The translations under genes and the position numbers were made by a program. From Anaerolineaceae bacterium (GTDB taxonomy: Bacteria > Chloroflexota > Anaerolineae > Anaerolineales > Anaerolineaceae), in assembly GCA_003524305.1 (NCBI GenBank), contig DQHW01000029.1, positions 4,913-68,912 of the forward strand: a stretch of DNA of 64,000 nucleotides, given 5' to 3'. Positions 16,369 through 25,702 of this stretch are shown piece by piece. How positions within the stretch are numbered: position 1 is the first letter of the stretch; every line of letters starts with the position of its first letter. A model generated the notes under the pieces. That model searched no databases. It saw only the letters and a list, made by a program, of their open reading frames with translations, and was not told the origin of the DNA.

Positions 16369-18684
16369 ATGAATATTTTAGGTCTTGGATTAAGGCATGG
16401 GCTGAGTAATTTTGAGCAAATCGCCATCGTCGCCGTTTTGGTGATTTCTTGTGCCAGCCTGTTTTATGCCTGGATTTTGAGGAAATCTGTTCTCAAAAAA
16501 GACAAGGGGACCGAAAAGATGCAAGAGGTCTGGGATGCCATCCGCGTCGGGGCAGAGGGCTATCTCTCCAAACAGTTAAAAACAATTCTGCCTGCTATTG
16601 GCATTCTCTTTGTGGCTTTGTTTCTCTCTGTCTATGTGGTTCCCCCAAGCTCCGAAGCATTGGTAGAATTTCCCCCGGAGAAATTTAATACACAACTGAT
16701 CATTGCAATTGGACGCGCGATTGCATTTGTTTTGGGAGCATCGTTTTCTTTAATCGTCGGTCAATTGGGCATGCGCATGGCCATCCAGGCCAGTGTGCGC
16801 TCTGCATCTGCTGCCAGACGCGAATTCAACGAAGCACTTTCAATTGCCTATTATGCAGGTGCTTATACCGGCATGCTCACTGATGGGTTAGGACTGCTTG
16901 GCGGAACTGTCATTTTCATCATCTTCGGCAAAGCCTCCCCGGATGCCCTGCTGGGATTCGGTTTTGGCGGCACCTTGCTTGCCTTGTTCATGCGCGTTGG
17001 TGGAGGTATTTACACCAAAGCGGCAGACGTTGGCGCAGATCTTGTTGGCAAGGTTGAAAAAGACATTCCAGAAGACGACCCCCGCAACGCCGCCGTAATT
17101 GCCGACCTGGTTGGCGACAACGTGGGTGACTGCGCCGGCATGGCCGCTGATATCTTTGAGAGCTATGAAGTGACCATTGTCTCCGCTTTGATCCTCGGTC
17201 TGGCACTTTGGAGCACGGATCAAAACTTGAAATGGATTGTCTATCCGTTAATCGTCCGTGGAATCGGTGTGATCAGTTCAATCCTGGGGACATTTGCCGT
17301 ACCGATCTGGGAAAAATTTCCGATCAAATTCTTGCGCGCCCACGATGCTGAAGAATCCATGTTCAGGTCATATGAGATCTCCAGCATTAACACCATTATT
17401 TGGTCCTTCGTGGTTGCCATTTTGTACGCTCATGATTGGAAGCTGGCAGTATTAACCACCATCGGTGTGGGGCTGGCGGTTGCTTTCAACCCCCTGACTT
17501 CTTACTTTACGTCAACCAAATATGCACCGGTTCGTGAAATTGTAGACAGCACCAAAACCGGGCCTGCCACCACCATCCTCTCCGGTTTGGCTATTGGCAT
17601 GGAATCAAGTGTCTGGGCACTGCTGGTGATCGCAGTTGCTTTCTTTGCATCCTTGATGCTGTATACCGGGTTTGAATCAATCTACGTGCTTTACGGCATC
17701 GCCATGGTGGGTATCGGTATGCTCAGTCAAACGGGTAATAACGTGGCCATGGATTCATTTGGTCCGATCTCAGACAATGCCAATGGCATTGGAGAAATGG
17801 CCTGGCACGGTCAGACGGATGAAGTGACCCTAAAAGCGCGCCAGACCATGGCCGATCTTGATGCAGTGGGCAATACCACCAAAGCCATCACCAAGGGTGT
17901 CGCCATTGCGTCTGCAGTGATCGCTGCTGTCAGCTTGTTCTCATCCTTCATCACGGATGTGGGCAACGTCCAAAGAGGACTTGTTGCCAGCGGTATGAAA
18001 ATTGAAATCCTGGAATCGATCAGGGTGTCTGACACGAAGGTGTTCATCGGATTTTTACTGGGTGGTGCTTTACCCTGGTTGTTCAGCGCTTTGAATATCA
18101 AAGCTGTCAGCCGGGCTGCCACCAAGATTGTTGAAGAAGTTCGCCGCCAGTTCAAAATCCCTGGCATCATGGAAGGCACCAAGAAACCAGATTATGCAGA
18201 AGTGGTTGCCATTTCGACCGGCTCTGCTCAAAAAGAACTGCTACCTCTGGCTGCCATTGCTGTTTTGATGCCGCTGGTGGTGGGCATGGTTTTACAGGTT
18301 GAAGCGCTAGGCGGCTTTCTCGCCGGCGTCATCTTGAGCGGACAGTTGTTGGCGGTCTTCATGTCTAATGCCGGCGGTGCCTGGGATAATGCCAAGAAAT
18401 CTGTTGAAGATCAGGCGCGTGACATAATTGCCAACACCGGCAAGGGTTCTGACCGCCACAAAGCCGCCGTGGTGGGTGATACAGTCGGCGATCCGCTAAA
18501 AGATGCTGCGGGACCTGCCTTGAACCCGATGATCAAGGTGGTAAATCTCGTCAGCCTGATTGCTGCTCCTGTGATCGTCCGCTACCAGAACCTGGGCGTG
18601 GTCGGCTGGGTGATTGTGGCTCTACTGCTTGCCGCCATCGTGTGGGCAATCGCTGTCAGCAAGAAACCGGCAATTTTGAAATAA
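16369..18684 (+). CDS. hppA: Membrane-bound proton-translocating pyrophosphatase, K+-independent type
   Basis: 771 aa and polytopic. Motifs: DVGADLVGKVE, DNVGDCAGMAADIFESY, GDTVGDP. GNTTKAITKG at 17869-17898 carries the Lys/Thr signature of K+-independent H+-PPases. RBS AGGAGG lies upstream. Confidence 0.9.
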   Translation: MNILGLGLRHGLSNFEQIAIVAVLVISCASLFYAWILRKSVLKKDKGTEKMQEVWDAIRVGAEGYLSKQLKTILPAIGILFVALFLSVYVVPPSSEALVEFPPEKFNTQLIIAIGRAIAFVLGASFSLIVGQLGMRMAIQASVRSASAARREFNEALSIAYYAGAYTGMLTDGLGLLGGTVIFIIFGKASPDALLGFGFGGTLLALFMRVGGGIYTKAADVGADLVGKVEKDIPEDDPRNAAVIADLVGDNVGDCAGMAADIFESYEVTIVSALILGLALWSTDQNLKWIVYPLIVRGIGVISSILGTFAVPIWEKFPIKFLRAHDAEESMFRSYEISSINTIIWSFVVAILYAHDWKLAVLTTIGVGLAVAFNPLTSYFTSTKYAPVREIVDSTKTGPATTILSGLAIGMESSVWALLVIAVAFFASLMLYTGFESIYVLYGIAMVGIGMLSQTGNNVAMDSFGPISDNANGIGEMAWHGQTDEVTLKARQTMADLDAVGNTTKAITKGVAIASAVIAAVSLFSSFITDVGNVQRGLVASGMKIEILESIRVSDTKVFIGFLLGGALPWLFSALNIKAVSRAATKIVEEVRRQFKIPGIMEGTKKPDYAEVVAISTGSAQKELLPLAAIAVLMPLVVGMVLQVEALGGFLAGVILSGQLLAVFMSNAGGAWDNAKKSVEDQARDIIANTGKGSDRHKAAVVGDTVGDPLKDAAGPALNPMIKVVNLVSLIAAPVIVRYQNLGVVGWVIVALLLAAIVWAIAVSKKPAILK

Positions 18685-18695
18685 CGCGGAACCCC

Positions 18696-18730
18696 TGATA
18701 AGGATCCGAAGTTTATTCGGATCCTTATCA
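18696..18730 (+). terminator. Stem-loop after hppA (15-bp stem TGATAAGGATCCGAA / TTCGGATCCTTATCA)
   Basis: Perfect inverted repeat with a 5-nt loop, 12 nt after the hppA stop. No clear U-tract follows. Confidence 0.5.
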
Positions 18731-18766
18731 ATAAAGTCACAATAGTCACATATTGTTTGAACAGTA

Positions 18767-18812
18767 TTGACTTTCAAATTCTTGTTTGTTATATTTAATG
18801 CACACGTGTGCG
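18767..18812 (+). promoter_or_regulatory. Promoter (TTGACT-17-TATATT) plus near-palindrome TGCACACGTGTGCG, a candidate autoregulatory LacI-family operator
   Basis: TTGACT at 18767-18772, TATATT at 18790-18795, operator-like element at 18799-18812. It lies immediately upstream of the LacI-family gene. Confidence 0.6.
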
Positions 18813-18832
18813 TTAAATATAAGGACAATCAT

Positions 18833-19864
18833 ATGCCAGTCACAATAAAAGACATTGCCAAGAAAGCCGGTGTTTCACATACAACAGTATCTCGTGCATT
18901 GAACGGAAACCGTTCAATCCCCGAGAAAACGACGCTTACGATTTGTGAACTCGCCAAAGAAATGGGATATCTTCCCAGTGCCGCGGCCAGGGGATTGAAA
19001 ACCAATAAATCTCATGCAATCGGCGTCATTGTCAGCCGCATTGATAATCCCTATTTTGGAGAAATCCTTCAAGGGATTGAAGAAATTCTACAAAAAACCG
19101 GATACAGTTTGTTTGTTGCTTCTTCTCACCTGGAATTTGACAGCGAAAAGAATATTGTGCAGGCATTTGCAGAACACCGTGTGGATGGAGTGATCATTTG
19201 CTCGGTCACTTTTGGCTCGAAACATGCCGAGTTCTTAAAGAAATACGGCATGCCGATAGTGGTCATCAATAACCAATCACCAGAAGATTATCAATGTTCC
19301 ATCGCTAATGATGACGTGGATGGCGCACGCAATGTCACTCGTCATCTCATCACTCTTGGGCATACAGAAATAGCATTTTTAGGCAACGCCAGTGCGGATC
19401 GCATCAACGAAGACCGTTTGTTGGGTTTTCGTGCCGAAATCCAAAGAGCATCACTTCAAGTGAATGAAAAGTTCATTGTTAATTGCCCCGCCAGCGAGAT
19501 TGAAGATGGCGTACATGGCATGCAAGCATTGTTGAAATCTGAACCAAGACCTACTGCAGTCTTTTGTTTCAATGACCTGATGGCTATCGGTGCCCTAAGC
19601 GTGTTAAATACCAACAAGATTGCTGTTCCAGAAGAAATTTCCATCGCCGGATTTGATAACATCCCATATTCAGCATATACATGCCCTCCTTTAACGACAT
19701 TTGATCAACCCAAGCGCATGATCGGTGCAGAGGCGGCTCAAATGTTATTGGGCATTATCGATAATCCAGACAGCTCAAATACCACAGTACCGGTAACTCA
19801 TATGATGCGCGGACATTTATTGATCCGCGGTTCGACCAACGAAGTGCAAAAGAGGAGTTTTTAA
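18833..19864 (+). CDS. LacI-family transcriptional regulator (probable inositol-cluster repressor)
   Basis: The protein begins MPVTIKDIAKKAGVSHTTVSRALNG, a LacI HTH, and has a periplasmic-binding-protein-like C-terminal domain. ATG at 18833 is preceded by AAGGA. The track's TTG start at 18767 would lie inside the promoter. Confidence 0.85.
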   Translation: MPVTIKDIAKKAGVSHTTVSRALNGNRSIPEKTTLTICELAKEMGYLPSAAARGLKTNKSHAIGVIVSRIDNPYFGEILQGIEEILQKTGYSLFVASSHLEFDSEKNIVQAFAEHRVDGVIICSVTFGSKHAEFLKKYGMPIVVINNQSPEDYQCSIANDDVDGARNVTRHLITLGHTEIAFLGNASADRINEDRLLGFRAEIQRASLQVNEKFIVNCPASEIEDGVHGMQALLKSEPRPTAVFCFNDLMAIGALSVLNTNKIAVPEEISIAGFDNIPYSAYTCPPLTTFDQPKRMIGAEAAQMLLGIIDNPDSSNTTVPVTHMMRGHLLIRGSTNEVQKRSF

Positions 19865-20739
19865 TGACAACAACTGCATCCAACTTTCTTGTCAAGCCGG
19901 ATTTTTCTCATCCATTATATATAACCATCACCCCGGAAAGTGCCAGGTGGGAGCACCTCCATTTTGCGGCAATCAAACTAAAAAAAGGTCAATCCTGGTC
20001 ATTTGATACCACTGAGTTCGAATTGGCGCTTACCATCCTTGGCGGCAAATGCGATGTCACTTCTTCAGCAGCGAAATGGGAGTCAATCGGTTCTCGCGAG
20101 GATGTCTTTCACGGTATGCCGACAGCGCTTTACCTTCCCCGTAAGACTACGTTAACAGTAAAGGCAGTCAGCGAATCGCTGGATTTCGCCTGTGGATGGG
20201 CAAAAACCGATAAAGATTTTCCGGCGGTGTTAGTCAGCCCTGAGGATGTGACGGTTGAACTGCGCGGAGGAGATAATGCCTCTCGCCAGATCAACAAGAT
20301 GCTTCCGGCGGGCTTTCCGTGTGACCGGCTGGTGGTGGTGGAAGTTTATACGCCCTCTGGCAACTGGAGTTCTTATCCACCGCATAAGCATGATGAACGC
20401 AAGTTCGATGATCAGGGCAACCTGGTTGAAGCGGATCTGGAAGAGATCTATTTCTACAAAATTGATAAACCTGAAGGCTACGCCTACCAGCGGATCTACA
20501 CTGATGACCGCCGGTTGAATGAACTGATATTGGTGAGTGACAGCGAGGCAGTCCTTTCGCCCGAGGGCTATCATCCCGTTGTGGCGGCACCCGGTTACAA
20601 CGTTTATTACCTGAATATCCTGGCTGGCTCTGACCAATCATTGGCCAGCAGCGACGATCCTGCTTATACATGGGTCAAAGAGACGTGGAAGGAAATGGAT
20701 AAACGCCTTCCCTTAGTATCGATCAAGATGAATAAGTGA
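19864..20739 (+). CDS. iolB: 5-deoxy-glucuronate isomerase (KduI/IolB family)
   Basis: 291 aa, cupin-like, with the SSYPPHKHDE motif. It sits inside a cluster with iolD, iolE and iolG. Its start overlaps the lacI-family stop (TAATG). Confidence 0.75.
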   Translation: MTTTASNFLVKPDFSHPLYITITPESARWEHLHFAAIKLKKGQSWSFDTTEFELALTILGGKCDVTSSAAKWESIGSREDVFHGMPTALYLPRKTTLTVKAVSESLDFACGWAKTDKDFPAVLVSPEDVTVELRGGDNASRQINKMLPAGFPCDRLVVVEVYTPSGNWSSYPPHKHDERKFDDQGNLVEADLEEIYFYKIDKPEGYAYQRIYTDDRRLNELILVSDSEAVLSPEGYHPVVAAPGYNVYYLNILAGSDQSLASSDDPAYTWVKETWKEMDKRLPLVSIKMNK

Positions 20740-20754
20740 TCCAAGGAGAATAAA

Positions 20755-21843
20755 ATGGCCGAGTATAAAAGCAAGCTTCACCAAACTGTATCAACGACCC
20801 CAACCGATTATTGGAATGATTCATGTTCAATAGAAGAGTTGACTTATGCCATTGAAAATGGCGCAGTTGGGGCAACAACCAATCCAACCATCGTGGTGAA
20901 CGTTCTCAAAAAAGAAATGCATCTTTGGGAAGACCGCATTAAAGAAATGATTCGAGAAAACCCCACCTGGTCAGAATCTGAAGTCACCTGGAAGCTAATT
21001 GAAGAGATGGCAGTCAAAGGTGCCGAATTGTTGAAACCTACCTTTGATAAAGAAAAAGGCAAGAAAGGCCGCCTTTCCATCCAGACAAACCCGACTTTCT
21101 ACCGCAATGCGCAAGCCATCACCGAACATGCCGTTCACTTTAAAACCCTGGCTCCCAATATGCAAATTAAGGTTCCAGTTACCAAAGCAGGCATTTATGC
21201 CGTGGAAGAAGCAACCTATCACGGCGCCTCCCTCAATGCAACTGTGTGTTTCACTGTTCCGCAAGCTATTGCTGTCGCCGATGCAGTCGAGCGCGGTTTA
21301 AATCGCCGTGTCGCCGAAGGAAAACCCATCTCTGATATGGCTCCAGTCTGCACCATCATGGTTGGACGTACAGATGATTGGATGAAAGCAGTCTGCAAAC
21401 GGGATGGCATTGAAATTGATCCAACTTACCTGGATTGGGCAGGGATCGCCTGTATTAAACATGCTTATGCTGTGTTCCAGGAAAGAAAATACCGCACCCG
21501 TCTTTTAGCAGCAGCCTACAGACATTTGGGTCATTGGTCCGAATTGATCGGCGGCGATATCGTTTTAACCATTCCATACGAATGGCAATTGAAAATTAAT
21601 GCCAGCGATATTGAAGTCAAAGAGCGCATGTCAGACCCCGTGGATGCCAATATATTATCTGAAATGCTTGCCAAAATCCCCGATTTCCGCATGGCTTATG
21701 AAGTCAATGGCATGACCTGGGAGCAATTTGATAGTTACGGTGCGACCGTGAGAACCTTGCGCGGATTCATGTCATCCTACCATGAAGTTCAAGGTGTGAT
21801 TCGTGAGATCATGCTGCCCAACCCTGACGTAAAACCTGCATAG
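20755..21843 (+). CDS. Transaldolase-family class I aldolase-fold protein (atypical active-site residues)
   Basis: 362 aa. Motifs: GATTNPTIV, GRLSIQTNP, IKVPVTKAG (Schiff-base Lys region), NATVCFT, MVGRTDDW. See the findings for the Glu-to-Gln substitution. Confidence 0.7.
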   Translation: MAEYKSKLHQTVSTTPTDYWNDSCSIEELTYAIENGAVGATTNPTIVVNVLKKEMHLWEDRIKEMIRENPTWSESEVTWKLIEEMAVKGAELLKPTFDKEKGKKGRLSIQTNPTFYRNAQAITEHAVHFKTLAPNMQIKVPVTKAGIYAVEEATYHGASLNATVCFTVPQAIAVADAVERGLNRRVAEGKPISDMAPVCTIMVGRTDDWMKAVCKRDGIEIDPTYLDWAGIACIKHAYAVFQERKYRTRLLAAAYRHLGHWSELIGGDIVLTIPYEWQLKINASDIEVKERMSDPVDANILSEMLAKIPDFRMAYEVNGMTWEQFDSYGATVRTLRGFMSSYHEVQGVIREIMLPNPDVKPA

Positions 21844-21860
21844 AGAACCAGGAGAATTAA

Positions 21861-23723
21861 ATGACCACGATCCGATTAACTATGGCGCAAGCCCTCATCC
21901 GCTTTTTGAAAAATCAATACGTCGAGCGAGATGGAAAAGAAACCCCGTTCTTTGCAGGAGTGCTAGGCATTTTCGGCCACGGCAACGTTGCCGGCATTGG
22001 GCAGGCTTTGCAGGAAAATCCCGATTTTCGTTATATCATGGTGCGAAATGAACAGGCCGGTGTACACATTGCCAGTGGATTTACCAAAATGAAAAACCGC
22101 ATGCAGACCTTTGCCTGCACATCCTCCATCGGACCAGGTGCGACCAATATGCTCACTGGTGCGGCACTTGCCACGATCAATCGCCTTCCTGTGCTGTTGC
22201 TGCCCGGTGATATTTTTGCCCGCCGAAACGTGGCGCCAGTGCTGCAGCAGTTGGAATCTCCTAACACGCAGGATATCAGCGTCAATGACTGTTTCAAGCC
22301 TGTTTCGAGATATTGGGACCGTATCAGCCGGCCTGACCAACTGATTACTTCCCTGCCTGAAGCCATGCGCGTGTTAACTTCGCCCGTGGATACTGGTGCA
22401 GTGACACTCTCTTTGCCTCAGGATGTGCAGGCTGAAGCTTACGATTACCCAGAAGAATTATTTAACAAACGTGTTTGGCGTATTCACCGCCCAATGGCTG
22501 ACCGCAGCCGTCTGGAAGATGCCATCACCATGATCAAGACTGCCAAGCGGCCGTTGATCGTAGCTGGCGGCGGCGTCTTGTTTAGTGACGCCTGCAAGAC
22601 CCTTGATAAATTTGCACTTCAAACCGGCATCCCCGTGTGCGAAACGCAAGCCGGAAAAGGTTCCTTGGCATATAACCACACCTGCAACCTTGGGGCAGTC
22701 GGCGCCACCGGCACCCTGGCTGCCAACCGCATGGCGCATGATGCCGACCTGGTGATTGGCATTGGCACACGTTATTCCGATTTCACCACGGCATCCAAGA
22801 CGGCCTTCCAAAACCCGGATGTGAAATTTATCAACATCAACCTTTTTGAAATGGATGCCTATAAACACAGCGGCATCCCCATCACGGCCGATGCCAAGGT
22901 GACGCTTGAAGAATTGACCAGGGCTCTGAATTCATTCAAGGTACAAGCGTCGTATACCGGTGAAATAGCCTTATTAAAAGAAGCATGGGAAAAAGAAACA
23001 GACCGCTTGTTCAACCTGAATCATCTGCCTGTGCCTGCACAGAGCGAAGTCATCGGTGCAATTTGGGAAGCCGCAAAACCCAAAGATGTGATCCTTTCAG
23101 CGGCTGGCAGCCAACCCGGCGACCTGCACAAACTGTGGCGCACCCACACGCCCAACTCCTACCACATGGAGTATGGCTATTCCTGTATGGCCTACGAAAT
23201 CCCGGCCGGCATCGGCGTCAAAATGGCTGATCCCAGCCGTGAGGTTTTTGTCTGGGTGGGTGACGGCACTTACCTGATGAACCCAACCGAAATCGTCACT
23301 GCCGTTCAAGAAGGAGTCAAACTGACTATCATCGTGGTGGATAACCACGGTTTTGGCTCAATCGGATCGCTTTCAGGTTCCATCGGCAGCAGCGGATTTG
23401 GTACAAGGCTTAATCATCGTGACCCTGAAACGGATCAATTGGTTGGTGATCGCCTGGTGATTGATTATGCAGCTAATGCAGCCAGCCTGGGGGCAGTCGT
23501 CTTCACCCCCAACTCCATTGCTTCCTTTAAAGACGCACTCAAAAAGGCAAAAGCTGAAACGATTACCACTGTCATAGTGATCAATACCGATCGTGAAGAG
23601 AAGGTGCCGGGGTACGAGTCTTGGTGGGATGTAGCCATCGCAGAAACATCCACCATGCCTTCGGTTAAAAAAGCACGAAAAGCATACGAAGAGAATCGAA
23701 AGAAAGAAAAATTCTTTCTATAA
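21861..23723 (+). CDS. iolD: 3D-(3,5/4)-trihydroxycyclohexane-1,2-dione acylhydrolase (ThDP enzyme)
   Basis: 620 aa. The N-terminus IRLTMAQALIRFLKNQYVERDGKETPFFAGVLGIFGHGNVAGIGQAL closely matches my recollection of Bacillus IolD. A ThDP motif GDGTYLMN...NN is present. Confidence 0.85.
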   Translation: MTTIRLTMAQALIRFLKNQYVERDGKETPFFAGVLGIFGHGNVAGIGQALQENPDFRYIMVRNEQAGVHIASGFTKMKNRMQTFACTSSIGPGATNMLTGAALATINRLPVLLLPGDIFARRNVAPVLQQLESPNTQDISVNDCFKPVSRYWDRISRPDQLITSLPEAMRVLTSPVDTGAVTLSLPQDVQAEAYDYPEELFNKRVWRIHRPMADRSRLEDAITMIKTAKRPLIVAGGGVLFSDACKTLDKFALQTGIPVCETQAGKGSLAYNHTCNLGAVGATGTLAANRMAHDADLVIGIGTRYSDFTTASKTAFQNPDVKFININLFEMDAYKHSGIPITADAKVTLEELTRALNSFKVQASYTGEIALLKEAWEKETDRLFNLNHLPVPAQSEVIGAIWEAAKPKDVILSAAGSQPGDLHKLWRTHTPNSYHMEYGYSCMAYEIPAGIGVKMADPSREVFVWVGDGTYLMNPTEIVTAVQEGVKLTIIVVDNHGFGSIGSLSGSIGSSGFGTRLNHRDPETDQLVGDRLVIDYAANAASLGAVVFTPNSIASFKDALKKAKAETITTVIVINTDREEKVPGYESWWDVAIAETSTMPSVKKARKAYEENRKKEKFFL

Positions 23724-23753
23724 ATCATCGCACTTGACCAGAGGAGATGAAAC

Positions 23754-24767
23754 ATGAGTATTCGTATTGGATTGATCGGTGCAGGAAGAATGGGGAAGGT
23801 GTTTGCCAATACCCTGGCATTTACTGTCTCAGAGGTAGACCTGGTGGCAGTCGCCGACCCAAGTGAACAAGCCCTCGCTGATGTCAGCAATCGCTTTGGC
23901 ATCAAAAAAGCTTATAAAGATTACCGTGAATTGCTGGATTCAAAAGACGTGGATGTAGTGGTGATCACCACGCCCACAGGCACACATGCCGAGGTTATCA
24001 TGGCGGCCGCTGCTGCCGGCAAGAATATCTTCAGCGAGAAACCGATTTCTCAAGCAGTGAAACCCTGCGATGATGCCATTTTGGCAGTCAAACAAGCAGG
24101 TGTAAAACTTCAAATGGGATTCATGCGCCGTTTCGATCCGCCTTATGCGGCTGCCAAACAAAAGATACTTGAAGGCGCCATTGGCACCCCGGTAATGTTC
24201 AAGGCGATTAGTCGTGACCCGGGTTGCCCAAATCTTGAGTTTGCCAAACGAGTCAACAGCGGCGGGCTGGTGATTGATATGGGTGTTCATGACTTTGATC
24301 TGGCGCGCTGGCTGATGGGCAGCGAGATTATCCGTGTTTACACTGAAGGCACCTGCCTTGCATTTCCTGAGCTCAAGGGCGTGGGTGATATTGATAATGC
24401 GGTTATCAACCTGCGCTTTGCCAGTGAAGCTGTCGGCAATATTGATACAAGCCGCAATGCCGTCTATGGATATGACATCCGCACCGAGGTGCTCGGCACC
24501 GCAGGCAGTCTATGGATTGGCTATTTGCAGCAAACCCCCATGCTGATTCTCAACAAGCAAGGTGTTACCCACGACGTGGTTCCGTTTTTCATGGAACGTT
24601 TTGGATTGGCCTACGCTGAAGAAGTCCGCGCCTTTGTGAAGAGTATTGTCAATAATACGGATCCGAGCCCCACCGGCGCAGATGCCCGCGCGGCAACCGT
24701 GGCCGGCATAGCAGCCACATTATCACTGGATGAACAACGTCCGGTGCTGACCAGCGAAATCAAATAA
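23754..24767 (+). CDS. iolG: Gfo/Idh/MocA oxidoreductase, inositol 2-dehydrogenase-like
   Basis: 337 aa. Rossmann motif IGLIGAGRMG, the EKP motif, and iol-cluster context. Confidence 0.7.
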   Translation: MSIRIGLIGAGRMGKVFANTLAFTVSEVDLVAVADPSEQALADVSNRFGIKKAYKDYRELLDSKDVDVVVITTPTGTHAEVIMAAAAAGKNIFSEKPISQAVKPCDDAILAVKQAGVKLQMGFMRRFDPPYAAAKQKILEGAIGTPVMFKAISRDPGCPNLEFAKRVNSGGLVIDMGVHDFDLARWLMGSEIIRVYTEGTCLAFPELKGVGDIDNAVINLRFASEAVGNIDTSRNAVYGYDIRTEVLGTAGSLWIGYLQQTPMLILNKQGVTHDVVPFFMERFGLAYAEEVRAFVKSIVNNTDPSPTGADARAATVAGIAATLSLDEQRPVLTSEIK

Positions 24768-24791
24768 CTTATTCTATTTCGGGAGAGAACA

Positions 24792-25691
24792 ATGATCAAA
24801 ATTGCAAATGCACCATGCTCTTGGGGAGCACTTGAGTTTGACCTGCAAGGAAAGCCCGCTACTTTCGATGTGGTTCTGGATGAAATGCAGAAGACCGGCT
24901 ATGAAGGAACCGAATTGGGTGATTGGGGATTCATGCCCACCGATCCAGAGGTCCTCAAAAAAGAACTGGAAAAACGTTCCTTGACCATGCTGGGCGCTTT
25001 TGTTCCAGTGGCGCTCAAAGATGAAACCACCCATGCAAAAGGCGAAGAAGCTGCTCTCAAAGTGGCCCGCTTGTTATCCGCAGTTGAAGGGTCCTCACCG
25101 GTGATCGTGCTGGCTGACAATAATGGCAGCATCCCCGAGCGAACGCTTAATGCCGGGCGAGTCACGCCTGCCATGGGATTGAGCGATGCCGAATGGAAGA
25201 CTTTTGCCAAGGGTGTTGAACGTATTGCCAAGACAGTGAAGAAAGAAACCGGCATGCGCCTGGTATTCCATCACCACTGCGGCGGATACGTAGAAACACC
25301 TGCCGAAATTGATAAATTGCTTGAACTCACCGATCCCTCTCTTGTGGGTATTTGCCTGGATACCGGGCATTACCAGTTTGCGGGCGGCGACCCGGTGGCA
25401 TTTTTACAGAAGAATGCCAAGCGTGTCTGGCACATGCATTTTAAAGATTGTGAACCTGCCATTGCCGAGCTATCGCGCAGCGATGGTTGGGATTACTTCA
25501 AATCGGTTGAAAAAGGCGTCTTCTGCGAACTCGGCAAGGGTGCAGTAGATTTCAAGGCCGTAAAAGCAGAACTTGAGAAACAAGGTTTTGAAGGTTGGAT
25601 CGTGGTTGAACAAGATGTGCTCCCCGGAATGGGAAAACCCTTTGATTCAGCGCTGCGCAATCGTCAATTCATCAAATCCATTGGTTTATAA
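24792..25691 (+). CDS. iolE: Xylose-isomerase-like TIM barrel, inosose dehydratase-like
   Basis: 299 aa. AP_endonuc_2 pattern (FHHH, DTGH, HFKD, VVEQD). It lies between two iolG-like genes. Confidence 0.6.
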   Translation: MIKIANAPCSWGALEFDLQGKPATFDVVLDEMQKTGYEGTELGDWGFMPTDPEVLKKELEKRSLTMLGAFVPVALKDETTHAKGEEAALKVARLLSAVEGSSPVIVLADNNGSIPERTLNAGRVTPAMGLSDAEWKTFAKGVERIAKTVKKETGMRLVFHHHCGGYVETPAEIDKLLELTDPSLVGICLDTGHYQFAGGDPVAFLQKNAKRVWHMHFKDCEPAIAELSRSDGWDYFKSVEKGVFCELGKGAVDFKAVKAELEKQGFEGWIVVEQDVLPGMGKPFDSALRNRQFIKSIGL

Positions 25692-25702
25692 ACGGAGAGA
25701 AA

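Noticed and set aside
18767-18832. The track's TTG start extends the LacI-family ORF by 22 codons (MTFKFLFVIFNAHVCVKYKDNH).
   Set aside because: The extension coincides with the -35, -10 and palindromic operator. ATG at 18833 has an AAGGA RBS and yields the canonical LacI N-terminus MPVTIKDIA.
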